Below, one piece after another: positions 46,201-58,272 of a stretch of 64,000 nucleotides of DNA (position 1 is its first letter; every line of letters begins with the position of its first letter). The position numbers and the translations under genes were made by a program. The DNA comes from Antedon mediterranea (taxonomy: Eukaryota > Animalia > Echinodermata): positions 29,902,871 to 29,966,870 of the forward strand of contig NC_092676.1 of the NCBI RefSeq assembly GCF_964355755.1. Direction: 5' to 3'. The notes below the pieces were generated by a model that saw only the letters and a list, made by a program, of their open reading frames with translations, was not told the DNA's origin and ran no database searches.

Positions 46201-49200
46201 AAACCTATTTAGCGCCCCCTAATGTCTAACGCTGGATCTGCCCCTGGACAAGGCTTCAGAATACAAACCTATTTAGCGCCCCCTAATGTCTAACGCTGGA
46301 TCTGTCCCTGGACAAGGCTTCAGAATACAAACCTATTTAGCCCCCCTAATCTCTAACGCTGGATCTTCCCCTGGACAAGGCTTCAGAATACAAACCTATT
46401 TAGCCCCCCTAATCTCTAACGCTGGATCTGCCCCTGGACAAGGCTTCCGAATACAAACCTTCTTTTCCTCTGATGTACGGGTTTGGTTATAAATAACCGA
46501 GTTGATCATGTTGTATTTGTTAACCTTGGCTAAATGTTTGAAAACGTCCAACACTGACCGACTTCCACATTTACCAACACGATTAAAAATAATACGTTGA
46601 GCCTGAAAGGTGATAAAATATTAAGGAATATGTTACAGTAAGTGTAGTGATGTTACATTACTTAATTCACTCAAACTTAGCAACTTTTGGTATTAATTAT
46701 AGATAGTATAGAATCCAGTATAACCACAATGTAAGTAGATAACTTAGTTTTCTATCTTGTTAATGATTTTACTTTTTGATTTAATAGAGTTGTTTTGATA
46801 TTTGTGTTTCTGTTAATGTTTTATCTTTGTACGAGACAAGCACAATTATTTCCACTTGTTCTGTGCACGAAATAAATTGTAGAAATATCTGGTAGAACAT
46901 TTGTTTTGTTGTCACAAGCACTTTACGTATAACCCTTTCAAATCGTCTAGCAAAACATCTCAGGAGTTTACACACCATGGCCGCAACACTCTGGTATAAT
47001 TATGCTAGATAGCATAATATTGACCCATCTGCCATCTAGCATTTATGCTAGACATAATTTTAGAAAATCTGGCATAATTTTGTGCTGCCACCTAGCATAA
47101 TTTAATTTCAAATGCTGGCCACACTGATTACACCTGCATTTTGTATGGGGTGCACTCAGGTGTAAGTAAACTCCAGCGTTTCCCTAGGCATGTGACAGGG
47201 TATTTATTAGTTATAACATTATTTTATTCTAACTTTTTAAAAGTAAAACCAATAATTGAAAACAGATAACAATATCATAACAGCATCCTCACCGTTGTAT
47301 CTTCCCAGTTGCCATATAAGGGTAATTTTTCAACTCCTTCCTTAGTTTCGTTCCAGTCGTATAACCATTTCTTTTTTCCAACAATTACTTTATCTGGTTT
47401 ACTTAGTATAGTGTTTACTGGTGGTTCAACAACCTTTTTATTTTCATTTACAACGTTTCCAACTACTTCTGTTGACTTGTTTTGTGAAACTTTGTTAGTT
47501 TCTTCAAAAACATTCTTTCCTTCATCTTGAAAACCCATAATTTTTCGCTCTGAAAAAAAAATAATCTTCATTCGTTGAAAAATAAAATTCAGTAAATAGA
47601 GTACATTATTAGTAGATGGAGTGGAGTTGTAGCTTGGTGGTTATGATGCTTGGTTACCATTTCAAGGTCCTGGGTTCAAGTCCTGTCATGTGTCAGGATT
47701 TTTTATAATGACAAATTAAAACTCTACTTCCAAAGACTACGAAAGCCCATTAATGCCATTTTAAGTATATGTTTTTCGAACGTAATCCGTTATAACGAAT
47801 TAGTAATTCGTTTGAACGGATTAATAATTCGTTTGAACGGATTAATAATCTGTTAATTACTAATTTGTTTAAACGGATTACTAATTTGTTCAAACGGATT
47901 ACTAATCCGTTCAAACGAATTACTAATTTGTTTAAACGGATTACTAATTCGTTCAAACGAATTACTAATTTGTTTAAACGGATTACTAATTCGTTCAAAC
48001 GAATTACTAATTTGTTTAAACGGATTAGTAATCCGTTCAAACGAATTACTAATTCATTCAAACGAATTAGTAATCCGTTTAAACGAATTAATAATTTGTT
48101 TAAACAAATTAATAATTTGTTTAAACGGATTATTAATCTGTTTGAACAAATTAGTAATTCGTTTGAACGAATTAGTAATCCGTTTAAACAAATTATTAAT
48201 TTGTTTAAACAAATTAATAATTTGTTCAAACGGATTACTAATTCGTTAGAACGAATTAGTAATTCGTTTGAACAAATTAGTAATCCGTTTAAACAAATTA
48301 CTAATCCGTTTGTAACGGATTCCTAATTCGTTTTAACAGATTATTAATCTGTTTAAACAAATTAGTAATTCGTTTGAACAGATTAGTAATCCGTTCAAAC
48401 GAATTACAACATATTCTTTAAATGGCACTTGTTGTATATGTTGCAATTGGTTTGAACGGATTACTAATTCGTTTGAACAGATTACTAATCCGTTCAAACG
48501 AATTACTAATTCGTTCAAACAGATTAGTAATCCGTTTAAACAAATTATTAATTTGTTTAAACAAATTATTAATTTGTTTAAACGGATTACTAATTCGTTT
48601 GAACGAATTAGTAATCCGTTTAAACAAATTAGTAATCCGTTTAAACAAATTAGTAATCCGTTTAAACAAATTAGTAATTCGTTTGAACGAATTAGTAATT
48701 CGTTTGAACAAATTAGTAATCCGTTTAAACAAATTAGTAATTCGTTGGAACGGATTAGTAATCCGTTTAAACGAATTACAACATATACTTTAAATGGCAC
48801 TTGTTGTATATGTTGCAATTCGTTTGAACGGATTACTAATTCGTTTGAACAGATTATTAATCCGTTCAAACGAATTACTAATTCGTTATAACGGATTACG
48901 TTCGAAAAACATATACTTAAAATGGCATTAATGGGCTTTCGTAAAAGACTTGTTATAAGACTTTGTTTATGTAGAGCATCTTATGTATATGTTTGTCTTG
49001 TGAACGGGATTGCTGCCTTTAAGGATAGTGAATGAATTCGCTTATGGTTATCCTTGGCAATTTGCCAAAATATTCTTTACAATTGTCACCTCTACCATAC
49101 AAATTATTTTTTGCTTTGTCGTCTTCATGCTTCACTACACGCAACGAACCATCTATTTGATTGTTTGACCGACCCGGGTATACATTATTACATAACACAG

Positions 49201-49484
49201 TTATTTGCTCACAACAAAACCACGTTTTAAAGTTCCTGCTTAAATGTTATTTACTTACCTTCTATATGTTTCCAATATTCCTTCCACTCTAGTTTCGGTT
49301 TTCTTGATGTAATCGGTTTTTTCTTAGGCCCAACTTTGTGTTTGCCGGCGATGGACAGTACTCCGCTTGCTGATGATGTACCTTCGCCATAAGATAAGCT
49401 CCCATTACTGCCAACATATACATAGCAGATTATTAGAACACCAGTAATCAGAAATAAAGTTATCAATATTTTTTTGTTTGCCAT
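43269..49484 (-). CDS. UST: Uronyl 2-sulfotransferase-like Golgi type II membrane protein, ~8 exons
   Basis: N-terminal TM MANKKILITLFLITGVLIICYVYV; 5'-PSB motif IIFNRVGKCGSRS (~46550-46600); [23 protein letters not shown] (3'-PB); YIIPFFCGQSP.C; AKKNVERDFIVVGILDELE; MSLEYEFYHFIKERF..TAG at 43269. Confidence 0.88.
44873..45329. repeat. Perfect 50 bp minisatellite, ~9 copies, intronic
   Basis: Unit tgtttacattctgaatgtagcattaaaatgcaagtacagcaacaagcaat with no visible variation. Confidence 0.95.
46187..46460. repeat. 63-64 bp minisatellite, ~4.3 copies, abutting a UST splice donor
   Basis: Unit aggcttcagaatacaaacctatttagc(g)ccccctaat.tctaacgctggatctgcccctggaca. Confidence 0.9.
47618..49050 (+). 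mobile_element. tRNA-derived SINE split by the 47738-48943 transposon
   Basis: A box tagcttggtgg, B box ggttcaagtcc; body resumes at 48950 (ttgttataagactttgtttatgtagagc..gtcttgtgaac), colinear with the copy at 35465-35862. Confidence 0.75.
47738..48943. mobile_element. IS3EU-like non-autonomous DNA transposon filled with 21 bp repeats
   Basis: Long perfect TIRs starting TACGAAAGCCCATTAATGCCATTTTAAGTATATG; 6 bp TSD AAAGAC (47732-47737, 48944-48949); TAC..GTA termini; body made of ttagtaat(c/t)cgtt(t/c)aaac(g/a)(a/g)a units in both orientations. Confidence 0.88.
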
Positions 49485-50203
49485 TTTAACTTAAAAGTCC
49501 GTCCATATAAATGTTAGATAATACTGGCCGACATGGAACTAGTTTTACAGTTTTATAAATGTTGACACGTCATAATATACAGCACAGGAAGACATGACAC
49601 CCTTCTAAGCTGGTGCTCAAGCCGTGATTTTAAGTACGCTCAAGTCTGGCCCTCGCTCGCTCGCTCACCAACAAAAGACTTCACAATTCCAACTTGTAAC
49701 AGGTTGTGACTACAACGTCTTTCTACATATCGCCCTCTATAGTTTTGGACAAATCAAAGGCTGGAAGAAGCAGACGAACCTATTTAAATCACAGTTAATT
49801 AATCATAATTTAATCATGCAATTTTGTTTTGAATGATAACATATATTGAAGTATATATTTTTTAAACCAACATTTTAATTGTTATTGTATGAAAAAATAT
49901 ATGAAGAAAACCAATTTATCATGATATCAACAATATACATGATGACATTTTAACCAATTAATCATTGTTCTTTCAAAAATCTAAGTAATTACTTTGCAGT
50001 AATGAGAACGATTAGACTGCCCCTGGGGTTAAAATAAGCGTTATTTTGTCGAGATTTATAATTACTAATAATTACGTGGAGATGTCAACAAAGAGTTGAG
50101 TTGATTGACTAAAGGATGCTGGTGAATGATATTCACTTTTATCTACGAAATCACTAAACAGAAGGTGTGTGGTGTTGACAGTCTTATCGGTAAAACGATT
50201 TAT

Positions 50204-50445
50204 TCGATTTTACAAGTCAACCATTTGGATTCTTGTCTTTAAAAAAGTAAATCCTATCCGGCGTGTTTTTCTCCATCTGAAAGATCGTCCATCAACTTGT
50301 CGTACCAAACAGTTCTTACGACGTCACAATGCACAACGCTTCATCGATTTTACAAGTCAACTGTTTGAATTTTTGTGTTTAAAAAAGTAAATCGTATCCG
50401 GCGTGGTTTTCTCCATCTGCAAGGAGGACCGTCCATCAACTTTTT
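50204..50445. repeat. ~140 bp direct duplication just upstream of the GPCR ATG
   Basis: tcgattttacaagtcaac..tttaaaaaagtaaatc.tatccggcgtg.ttttctccatctg..cgtccatcaactt twice. Confidence 0.75.
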
Positions 50446-50482
50446 TTGTGGTACCATATTAATTTAATCTAACGGTTAGATT

Positions 50483-51403
50483 ATGAATGATTCAGTAGAA
50501 GAACAAGTAGACACAACGATGTTACTAGCGTCTAGATGGATTATATCCATAACTGGAATCGTCGCAAATTCTTTGGTCATCTTTGTATTTGTCTACAATA
50601 AATCATTTAAGAAGTCGCTTTCGTTAAAATTACTTCTACATCAAACTGTGATTGATTTGATTGGATGTGTAATGTTTTTAATATTCTACAACTATGTTAT
50701 TTATGCCGATAATGACAAGCCAACATTATTATGCAAATTTCGTTCATTGTTTTGGTACATGACTGTGGCGTCTTCGTACAACTTGGTAGTCTTGACCGTC
50801 GAACGGTATATTGCTGTTATTCATCCGTTATTCTACCGAATGAAGTCATCAAGCGGGAATAAACTAATCATATACACTCTTCCTTTACTTATTCCACATA
50901 TACCCGGTTTTCTGGCCGGAATTCGTATATTTGACATAATGGAGTATGATAACGGCGTATGCTATCTGAAAGATGAACACCCTATTTTTACAGGCGTTTA
51001 TCAGCTTATCTTCAATGCACTTTTTCCTATTAGCGTTATGTCCTATTGTTACGGCTGTATTCTGTGGAAGTTAAGCCAACGGTCTATAGTAGGAAGTTCT
51101 ACTCCTCAACAGCCGGGCGCGCCAGGTTCCAACCTTAATGCGCATGCGCCGTGTTTTAAAACAAACCTGATATTAACACTCATGCAGTCGTCTGTCGTTT
51201 TTCTGGTAACAATCACGCCGAATTGTGTCTTTATTTTTGTGTATTGTCTGTGCACGTGTTTCGAGTATAACTCTGTTTTGCATAGAGTAACAGAATTATT
51301 AATAGCGTCTAATTTAACCATTAATCCGTTTATATATTGTATAACTTTAAAAGAATTTCAGCGCGGTATTTTGAAAATTAGAAATGCCGTCGTGAATTTG
51401 TAG
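50483..51403 (+). CDS. Rhodopsin-like (class A) GPCR, intronless, orphan/peptide-receptor-like, 306 aa
   Basis: Seven hydrophobic segments, TM1 GIVANSLV, TM2 D, TM3 Cys and ERYIAVIHP, TM5 P..Y, TM6 TP, TM7 NPFIY. Confidence 0.9.
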   Translation: MNDSVEEQVDTTMLLASRWIISITGIVANSLVIFVFVYNKSFKKSLSLKLLLHQTVIDLIGCVMFLIFYNYVIYADNDKPTLLCKFRSLFWYMTVASSYNLVVLTVERYIAVIHPLFYRMKSSSGNKLIIYTLPLLIPHIPGFLAGIRIFDIMEYDNGVCYLKDEHPIFTGVYQLIFNALFPISVMSYCYGCILWKLSQRSIVGSSTPQQPGAPGSNLNAHAPCFKTNLILTLMQSSVVFLVTITPNCVFIFVYCLCTCFEYNSVLHRVTELLIASNLTINPFIYCITLKEFQRGILKIRNAVVNL

Positions 51404-53082
51404 TGTGTGTGTACCCCAAACATGGTTTATTCATCTGAATTGGGTGTTTTGTAGTGGTATTACACTATTTTCTTGTTCATAGGCCTATTTTCATTATTTA
51501 TTCGTAACAAAACAACTGAAATTGAGGAGACCAGGGTCAACCTAGAACTTAATCACTGTAGCTGAGCCGGTTGACCTATGCAACTGAACAAACCAATTGG
51601 AATTATTTAAAAAATGGCCTATAAAAATGATTTTTTTTATAGATATTCAGTCTGTTTGTTAAAAATACATTTCTAAGAACATTGTGTTTATGGATGATTT
51701 TAATTAGAATGTTTAATTAAGATTGCAGTTTATGGCAAACAATCATCTTTATCTGATAAGTATTATTATCCGCGCACCCACGGACGAGACTCTGGATTTA
51801 TTATCTGGATTATTAATAGACTGATGTTCAATAAGCATGGAGGTATAAAATTAGAAAATCTAATTTTATACCTCTATGGTAAAAGGAAGGAAATAAATGA
51901 TGATGTTCGAAACTGTAGAGATTTGTTTTAATTTTTGTTTCACCCAAATAAATGTAAAATGGCGGGAAAAAGTGCTCAAGAAGTCATATTAGATTTGATC
52001 GCATAGTGTTGAGTCAATGGATATTACTACCGTTATAATAAACGCCGGTGTAAGATTTAAATGTGTCCGGTGTTTGAAAGTGTCCACTGGACAATTTTCA
52101 GCATTGAATAGTGTAATACCAGCTGTTGAAAATGGCTGCAACCACCCGGGCAGCTTTCATCGATAAAAAAGTAGGGACATCGACATCATATTAACCCCGT
52201 AAAAACTAGGGCACTGGAAGGTCACCAACTCCCGTTAGGGTAATTATAATTCCTTAGAATACCAACTTGAATCGCAAAATATCAAGTCGATTGAAATAAA
52301 TATTACTATTATTATATCTGGAGACATATAGTCTAATCAAATTAAATTGTTTGTTTTTGATTGAGTATATACAACCTGTTGTCAATTTGAAGTAAATCTG
52401 ATAACTTGAAAAAATATATAGCCTACCGGTACTGTATTATTATTTCTAGGGAATGAATATCACTAAATCATATAGGCATAGGGCCTACCTATTTTCGTTC
52501 TCTCGAAATATTATTTCATTGGAATTCGAATTACTAATTCGCGAGAGAACGAAATAATTTCCCTCGAAATTATTTCGTTCTCTCGATCATTCCTTGTCTC
52601 GAAGTAGTAATTCATTTTTTATATTGTTCAGTTCTTGAAATCTTATTTTGTTCTCCCTAAATATATTTGTTCCCTCAAAATATTTTTCAGTTCTCAAAAT
52701 ATTATTTTGTAATATTCATAATACTGTTACTAATTTAATAATATTAACTGATAACAAAAGTGCTTTAAACAAGTAAGTTCGTCATTGTTAAAGTGAGTTC
52801 TTTTTCATTATATTTTTTTTCACAGATGCCTGATTTTTGGTTTTATTTAATAAAACATTGAATTGGTTAGTCACAATATTTTTTTGTTTCGAGATTTTAC
52901 ATTATTTATTTATTTATCTAAAATACATTTGAAAAATATTGTTGATGCATATTACCAAAAAATATTTATTTTTTTATATTTTATATGGCAAAATAAACAC
53001 CTTAATTGCGCATCATAATTATTCGTTCACTCAAGGGTATTTCGGTTTTTTGTATTTTTCGAATAATCTCTAAAAAAAAAAC

Positions 53083-53392
53083 GTCCACCTCTCCTAAGGG
53101 ACCACTTCTCATAAACGACCACCTTTCGCAAATTACCACCTCTATTGAGGTGGTCACTTACGGGAGGTGTAGTCGGTAAAAGAAGTGGTCGTCTACGAGC
53201 GGTGGTAGTTTATGAAAGCAGTCCGTTATGAGAGGTGGTTACCCCTTCAGGAGGTTGTCCATTGTGAGAAGCGGTCCTTTAACAGAGGTAGTCCCTTTTA
53301 AATATTAAAGGTGGTCGCTAACAAGGGTGGTTGCTTACGATCAGAGTGCTAAGTTTTGAAAGCCGATCACTTACGAGAGGTGGATAGACTGA
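53083..53392. mobile_element. Degenerate MITE (Tc1/mariner-pogo-like) with repeated gaggtggtcgcttacg units
   Basis: gaccacct.. units followed by many inverted ..acgagaggtggt.. units. Confidence 0.45.
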
Positions 53393-53811
53393 CGGCAAGT
53401 AGAGAAATACATTTGCACATGATTTAGACATTTAGGTTTGTAAAATATATAATATTTTATTAGCTGGCGATATTAACTACATTAGCTGTGAGGCAATTTT
53501 CGTTACTACATTACCTGTTGAGTTGTACATGAGTATAATGTTGATTTTTATTTGATAAATAAGCTGTTGGTGTTTCTACATCATTAGCTAGTTCTAGGTT
53601 TTATTATATGGGTGGATTTGACTTTTCTACACTAGCAGTTTTGAACAGAGCCTACTGTGTTTAAATGGAATGCTACAAGTTGTATTATTTTTTTTTATTT
53701 ATCGTTTTGTGTACTAAAGTGGCAGCATAATCAGTATTTATTTTTACCAGATGTCCAACAAGGGTAATGTCCCAATTGGTAATTGCCACAATTGTCAGGT
53801 CAACCTCAAAA

Positions 53812-56572
53812 CAGCGGCTCTCGGGACGCGATTTTTTTTTCCGTACGAGAGTTCCTCCATCGGTGAGTCGGGTTGGTGAACATCAGTCCAAAATACGCAG
53901 AATTTTTTCCAAAATACGTCAAGTTGAGGGCGCTATACTAATCCAAAATACGCGAGTCTTTCCAAAATACGTCAACTTGAGGGCGCTATTCATTTTCCAA
54001 AATACGCAAATTGTCCAAAATACGTCAAATTGAGGGCGCTATTCATTTCCAAAATACGCGATTTGTCCAAAATACGTCAATTTGCAATTTGGGACCGCTA
54101 GTAATTTTCCAAAATACGTCAACTTGAGGGCGGCAAACTTTTTTCCAAAATACGAGAGCCTTTCCAAATGTATCATATTGAAAGTGTAAGGTAGAATTAC
54201 AGTTTAATGTATTAAAAAAAAGTTTCTTAGAGTAAAAAACAAACAAGTACATTTTAGTTATAAATGAAAGTATTGGAAGGCAGAATTTTTTGTAAATAAA
54301 ATGTCATAGAGTAGCCAATTATTATTTTTCAATGTAATCATTTATTACTGAATAAAAACAAATATGTGCCAACATCAGTCAATAGACAGTGCCTATAATA
54401 TACATTAATAATGTCTGAACGATGTACGATTGCATTGCCAGACGTAGCTAGTTTAAATGAGGCATAAACCGGCTACAAAAGCAGCATGTACGTATAGTAT
54501 TTAAGCATAGTCATGGGCATGTGTTATATATTTGGTGATCTACAAAATCGATATTTTTCCCGAGCTCGACAGACCAACATCGCTTTCAATTTAATGTACA
54601 GTACTTATGGTCAAATAAGTTACCTAATCTGAAATCTAACATAATAGTTATTTCATATAATATATAATAATAATAAAAAGCATATGGTATTGTAATTAAA
54701 ATAATATCAATAATTGGTTAGAAGAAGTAAAGTAATTATTTAAATCGCGTATTTTGGAAAATGAATAGCGCTCTCAAGTTGACGTATTTTGGAAAATTAC
54801 AAGCGGTTCCAAATTGACGTATTTTGGACAAATCGCGTATTTTGGAAAATGACTAGCGCCCTCAACTTTACGTATTTTGGACAATTCGCGTATTTTGGAA
54901 AATGAATAGCGCCCTCAAGTCGACGTATTTTGGAAAGACTCGCGTATTTTGGATTAGTATAGCGCCCTCAACTTTACGTATTTTGGAAAAAATTCTGCGT
55001 ATTTTGGACTGAATTTCACCAACCCTATTGCCATCGGTTCGTTTCGGACTCAATCGACTCTCTTCGGTATTCGGTAAAGTCAGCTCACTGATGCGTGACA
55101 ATATAATACAATTTACATTTACAAACCGCGAGCTAATACTTTCACACAGGCTCTCTAATAGTAAAATGAATCTACACTAATACGAGTTTTGATGACATTA
55201 ATTAATAAATACTAGGCCTACTTAGTAATTACATTAAGAACCCAATAGCATATTGAAGATATTTAGGTCTACGACCCAATAATAGGTCGTATCAGATATT
55301 ATTTGTTGAAGTTGAACGACCTTTTGTCACGAACGAAAGGCTCTTTTCTTATCGTTTATGGTATTGTAGCTAGCCCATGGCTAGCCTAGCCAAGCTTGTG
55401 TAAGCCTATGCAAGGTATTACTTTTGAATTTAAAATGATTATGTACAGTAGGAATTCCTATGCACAGTGTATGTTTTTTATACCTTTTAAAATAATATTA
55501 TTAAATTAATATTTATATTGTAAGGTAATGGAAATTTTACGTTAAAGGTGTACGTATTAATTATCCCCAATCTTGAAAAATAAAGATTTCAGACTTTTAA
55601 TATAGGCAATTTTGGAGTTTTAATTAAGTTATAGGCCTACAACTAATATTATTGTTTATTATGTGTATATGTAATTTGGAAAATCATAAAAAATACATGC
55701 AAAGTAAAAAACATTCAATTACGGTACTGACACGACTGCAATAGTACAAATACATTTAATAATACTGCAACACATTTTCCAGGAAGCTTTAATAATTATA
55801 TGTGATACTATCATCTTGTCATGAAGATCGGTTTCTGTATTCCATATTCTTGATTTTATTTTTTTTATTATGGTTTCTGAAATAAATTTTTAAAAAAAAT
55901 TGTTCATTTTAATTCAAAATTTCCACCGGCCAAGATATCAATAATTATAAATTAACACAATATTAAACGCTTTATAAGCAAGCATGTGTTTTTCTATACA
56001 TTACAACTTACAAGAATACAATTACTACTAGGCCTATATGTATACAATTTTTCAAATGTTACACTTAAAAACCTGAAGAAAATTGTAATTTTCTTGATAA
56101 AAACATCTGTATTTCTAACCTACTACTTCATTTTATTAAAATAAAAAATAGTACTGTAGATGGAAATGTACTACATTGAAGCACACGCACGTAGGGCTAG
56201 TTAGGCTAGCTAGGCCTTGCTTGTGACGACCAACAAAGTGCTGCTGCTGTGTGTGTGTTACTGTTTGTGAATCTGATGGTACATACATTGGTTTGTGGCT
56301 GCCTATACAGTATTATATTATTAAAATTCTAGGCCTATTATTATTATTACAATGACGTTCAGTACTACTACTAATATTTATTATTATATATACAGTGAGT
56401 ATAGTATTAGGCCTAAATTATGTATAAATCTGTCACTCGTGCAAAAAAACTGCTCACGTTTTGTCTTGTCACGCATCAGTGAGCATCGGTGACTTACCGA
56501 AGAGTCGATTGAGTCCGAAACGAACCGATGGAGGAACTCTCGTACGGAAAAAAAAATCGCTCTCGGGACCGG
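53812..56572. mobile_element. TIR element related to the 9964-10923 MITE; left TIR split by an insertion
   Basis: cgggacgcgatttttttttccgtacgagagttcctccatcggt + (from 55039) tcgtttcggactcaatcgactc..gctcactgatgcgtgacaa is mirrored at 56466-56570. Confidence 0.8.
53865..55030. mobile_element. Nested TIR element with 8 bp TSD (hAT- or P-type TSD length) and CCAAAATACG subterminal arrays
   Basis: TSD CCATCGGT at 53857-53864 and 55031-55038; ~250 bp inverted arms gggttggtgaa..tcagtccaaaatacgcagaattttttccaaaatacg. Confidence 0.85.
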
Positions 56573-56677
56573 GAGAGTTGTATGATTTGTTTTTATTATT
56601 TTTTTTTTTAATGCGCCTTGAGCACTCTGTGGTATGTGTGCTATAAAAATCCTGTTATTATTATTTGTTATTCTTAC

Positions 56678-58272
56678 AGTAAAGTGATCTTTAATTGGAA
56701 GAGGACCAGTACAATTACTTGTTTTTAATCACATGATTATAAACTATTTATTCCTCTTGTCTGTGCTCGTACAAAATAATAAAACGGTCGCTAATTGGAA
56801 GTGTATTAAAGTAAAGTGATCTTTAATTGGAAGAGGACCAGTACAATTACTTGTTTTTTATCACATGATTATAAACTATTTATTCCTCTTGTCTGTACTC
56901 ATACAAAATAATAAAACGGTCGCTAAATGGAAGTGTTTAAATTGAAGTGATCTTTAATTGGAAGAGGACCAGTACAATTACTTGTTTTTTATCACATGAT
57001 TATAAACTATTTATTCCTCTTGTCTGTACTCATACAAAATAATAAAACGGTCGCTAAATGGAAGTGTTTAAATTGAAGTGATCTTTAATTGGAAGAGGAC
57101 CAGTACAATTACTTGTTTTTTATCACATGATTATAAACTATTTCTTCTTCTTGTCTTTATTCATACAAAATAATATAACGGTCGCTAATTAGAGGTGTCT
57201 TAAAGTAAAGTGACCTTTAATTGGAAGCGGACCAGTACATTTACTTAATTTTGTCACATAATTAAACTATTAATTATTCTTGCCTTTACTCATACCAATT
57301 GATAAAAATGGTCACTAATTAGAGGTGTCTTAAAGTAAAGTGATCTTTAATTGGAAGCGGACCAGTCAGTACAGTTACTTAATTTTGTCACATAATTAAA
57401 ACTATTAATTATTATTGTCTTTACTCATACCAATTAATAAAATGGTCGCTAATTGGAGGTGTTTTAAGTAAAGTGGTCCTTTATTGAAAGAGGGCCAGTA
57501 CAATTACTTGTTTTTGTCACATAATTAATAACTATATATTCTTCTTGCTTTATTAATACTAAATAATATAATGGTCGCTAATTGGAGGTTTCTTTAAGTA
57601 AAGTGATCTATAACTGGAAGAGGACTAGTACAGTTACTTAATTTTGTCACTATCATAATTAAAACTATGTATTCTTCTTGTATTTACTTCTACCAATTAA
57701 TAAAAATGGTCGCTAATTAGAGGTGTCTTAAAGTAAAGTGACCTTTAATTGGAAGCGGACCAGTACATTTACTTAATTTTGTCACATAATTAAACTATTA
57801 ATTAATCTTGCCTTTACTCATACCAATTAATAAAAATGGTCATTAATTTGAGGTGTCTTAAAGTAAAGTGATCTTTAATTGGAAGCGGACCAGTCAGTAC
57901 AGTTACTTAATTTTGTCACATAATTAAAACTATTAATTATTATTGTCTTTACTCATACCAATTAATAAAATGGTCGCTAATTGGAGGTGTTTTAAGTAAA
58001 GTGGTCCTTTATTGAAAGAGGTCCAGTACAATTACTTGTTTTTTGTCACATAATTAAAAACTATATATTCTTCTTGCTTTATTAATACTAAATAATATAA
58101 TGGTCGCTAATTGGAGGTGTTTTAGGTAAAGTGATTTTTAATTGGAAGAGGAACACTTCATTTACTTGTTTTTGTCACATACTTAACAATTATTTATTCT
58201 TCTTGTCTTTTCACATACCATATAATATAATGGTCCCTAATTGGAGGTGTTTAGGCAAAGCGATCTTTAATT
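56678..58272. repeat. ~131 bp satellite array, ~12 units, with a ~528 bp higher-order duplication
   Basis: Units start aaagtgatctttaattggaagaggaccagtacaattacttg; variants accagtcagtac (57361, ~57890) and gtggtcctttattgaaag (57473, 58001) recur ~528 bp apart. Confidence 0.9.

Noticed and set aside
47620-47697. Possible tRNA gene
   Set aside because: Has A/B boxes but poor cloverleaf pairing and continues into a body shared with a second copy, so it is a SINE head
47750-48891. Several overlapping ORFs with LIRLNGL / FKRITN heptads resembling LRR or coiled-coil proteins
   Set aside because: Translation of the 21 bp non-coding repeat inside a TIR/TSD-bounded transposon; open on both strands
56678-58272. 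CRISPR-like regular arrays (here and at 44873, 8780, 14307)
   Set aside because: Whole units are repeated with no unique spacers, no cas genes, and the context is eukaryotic
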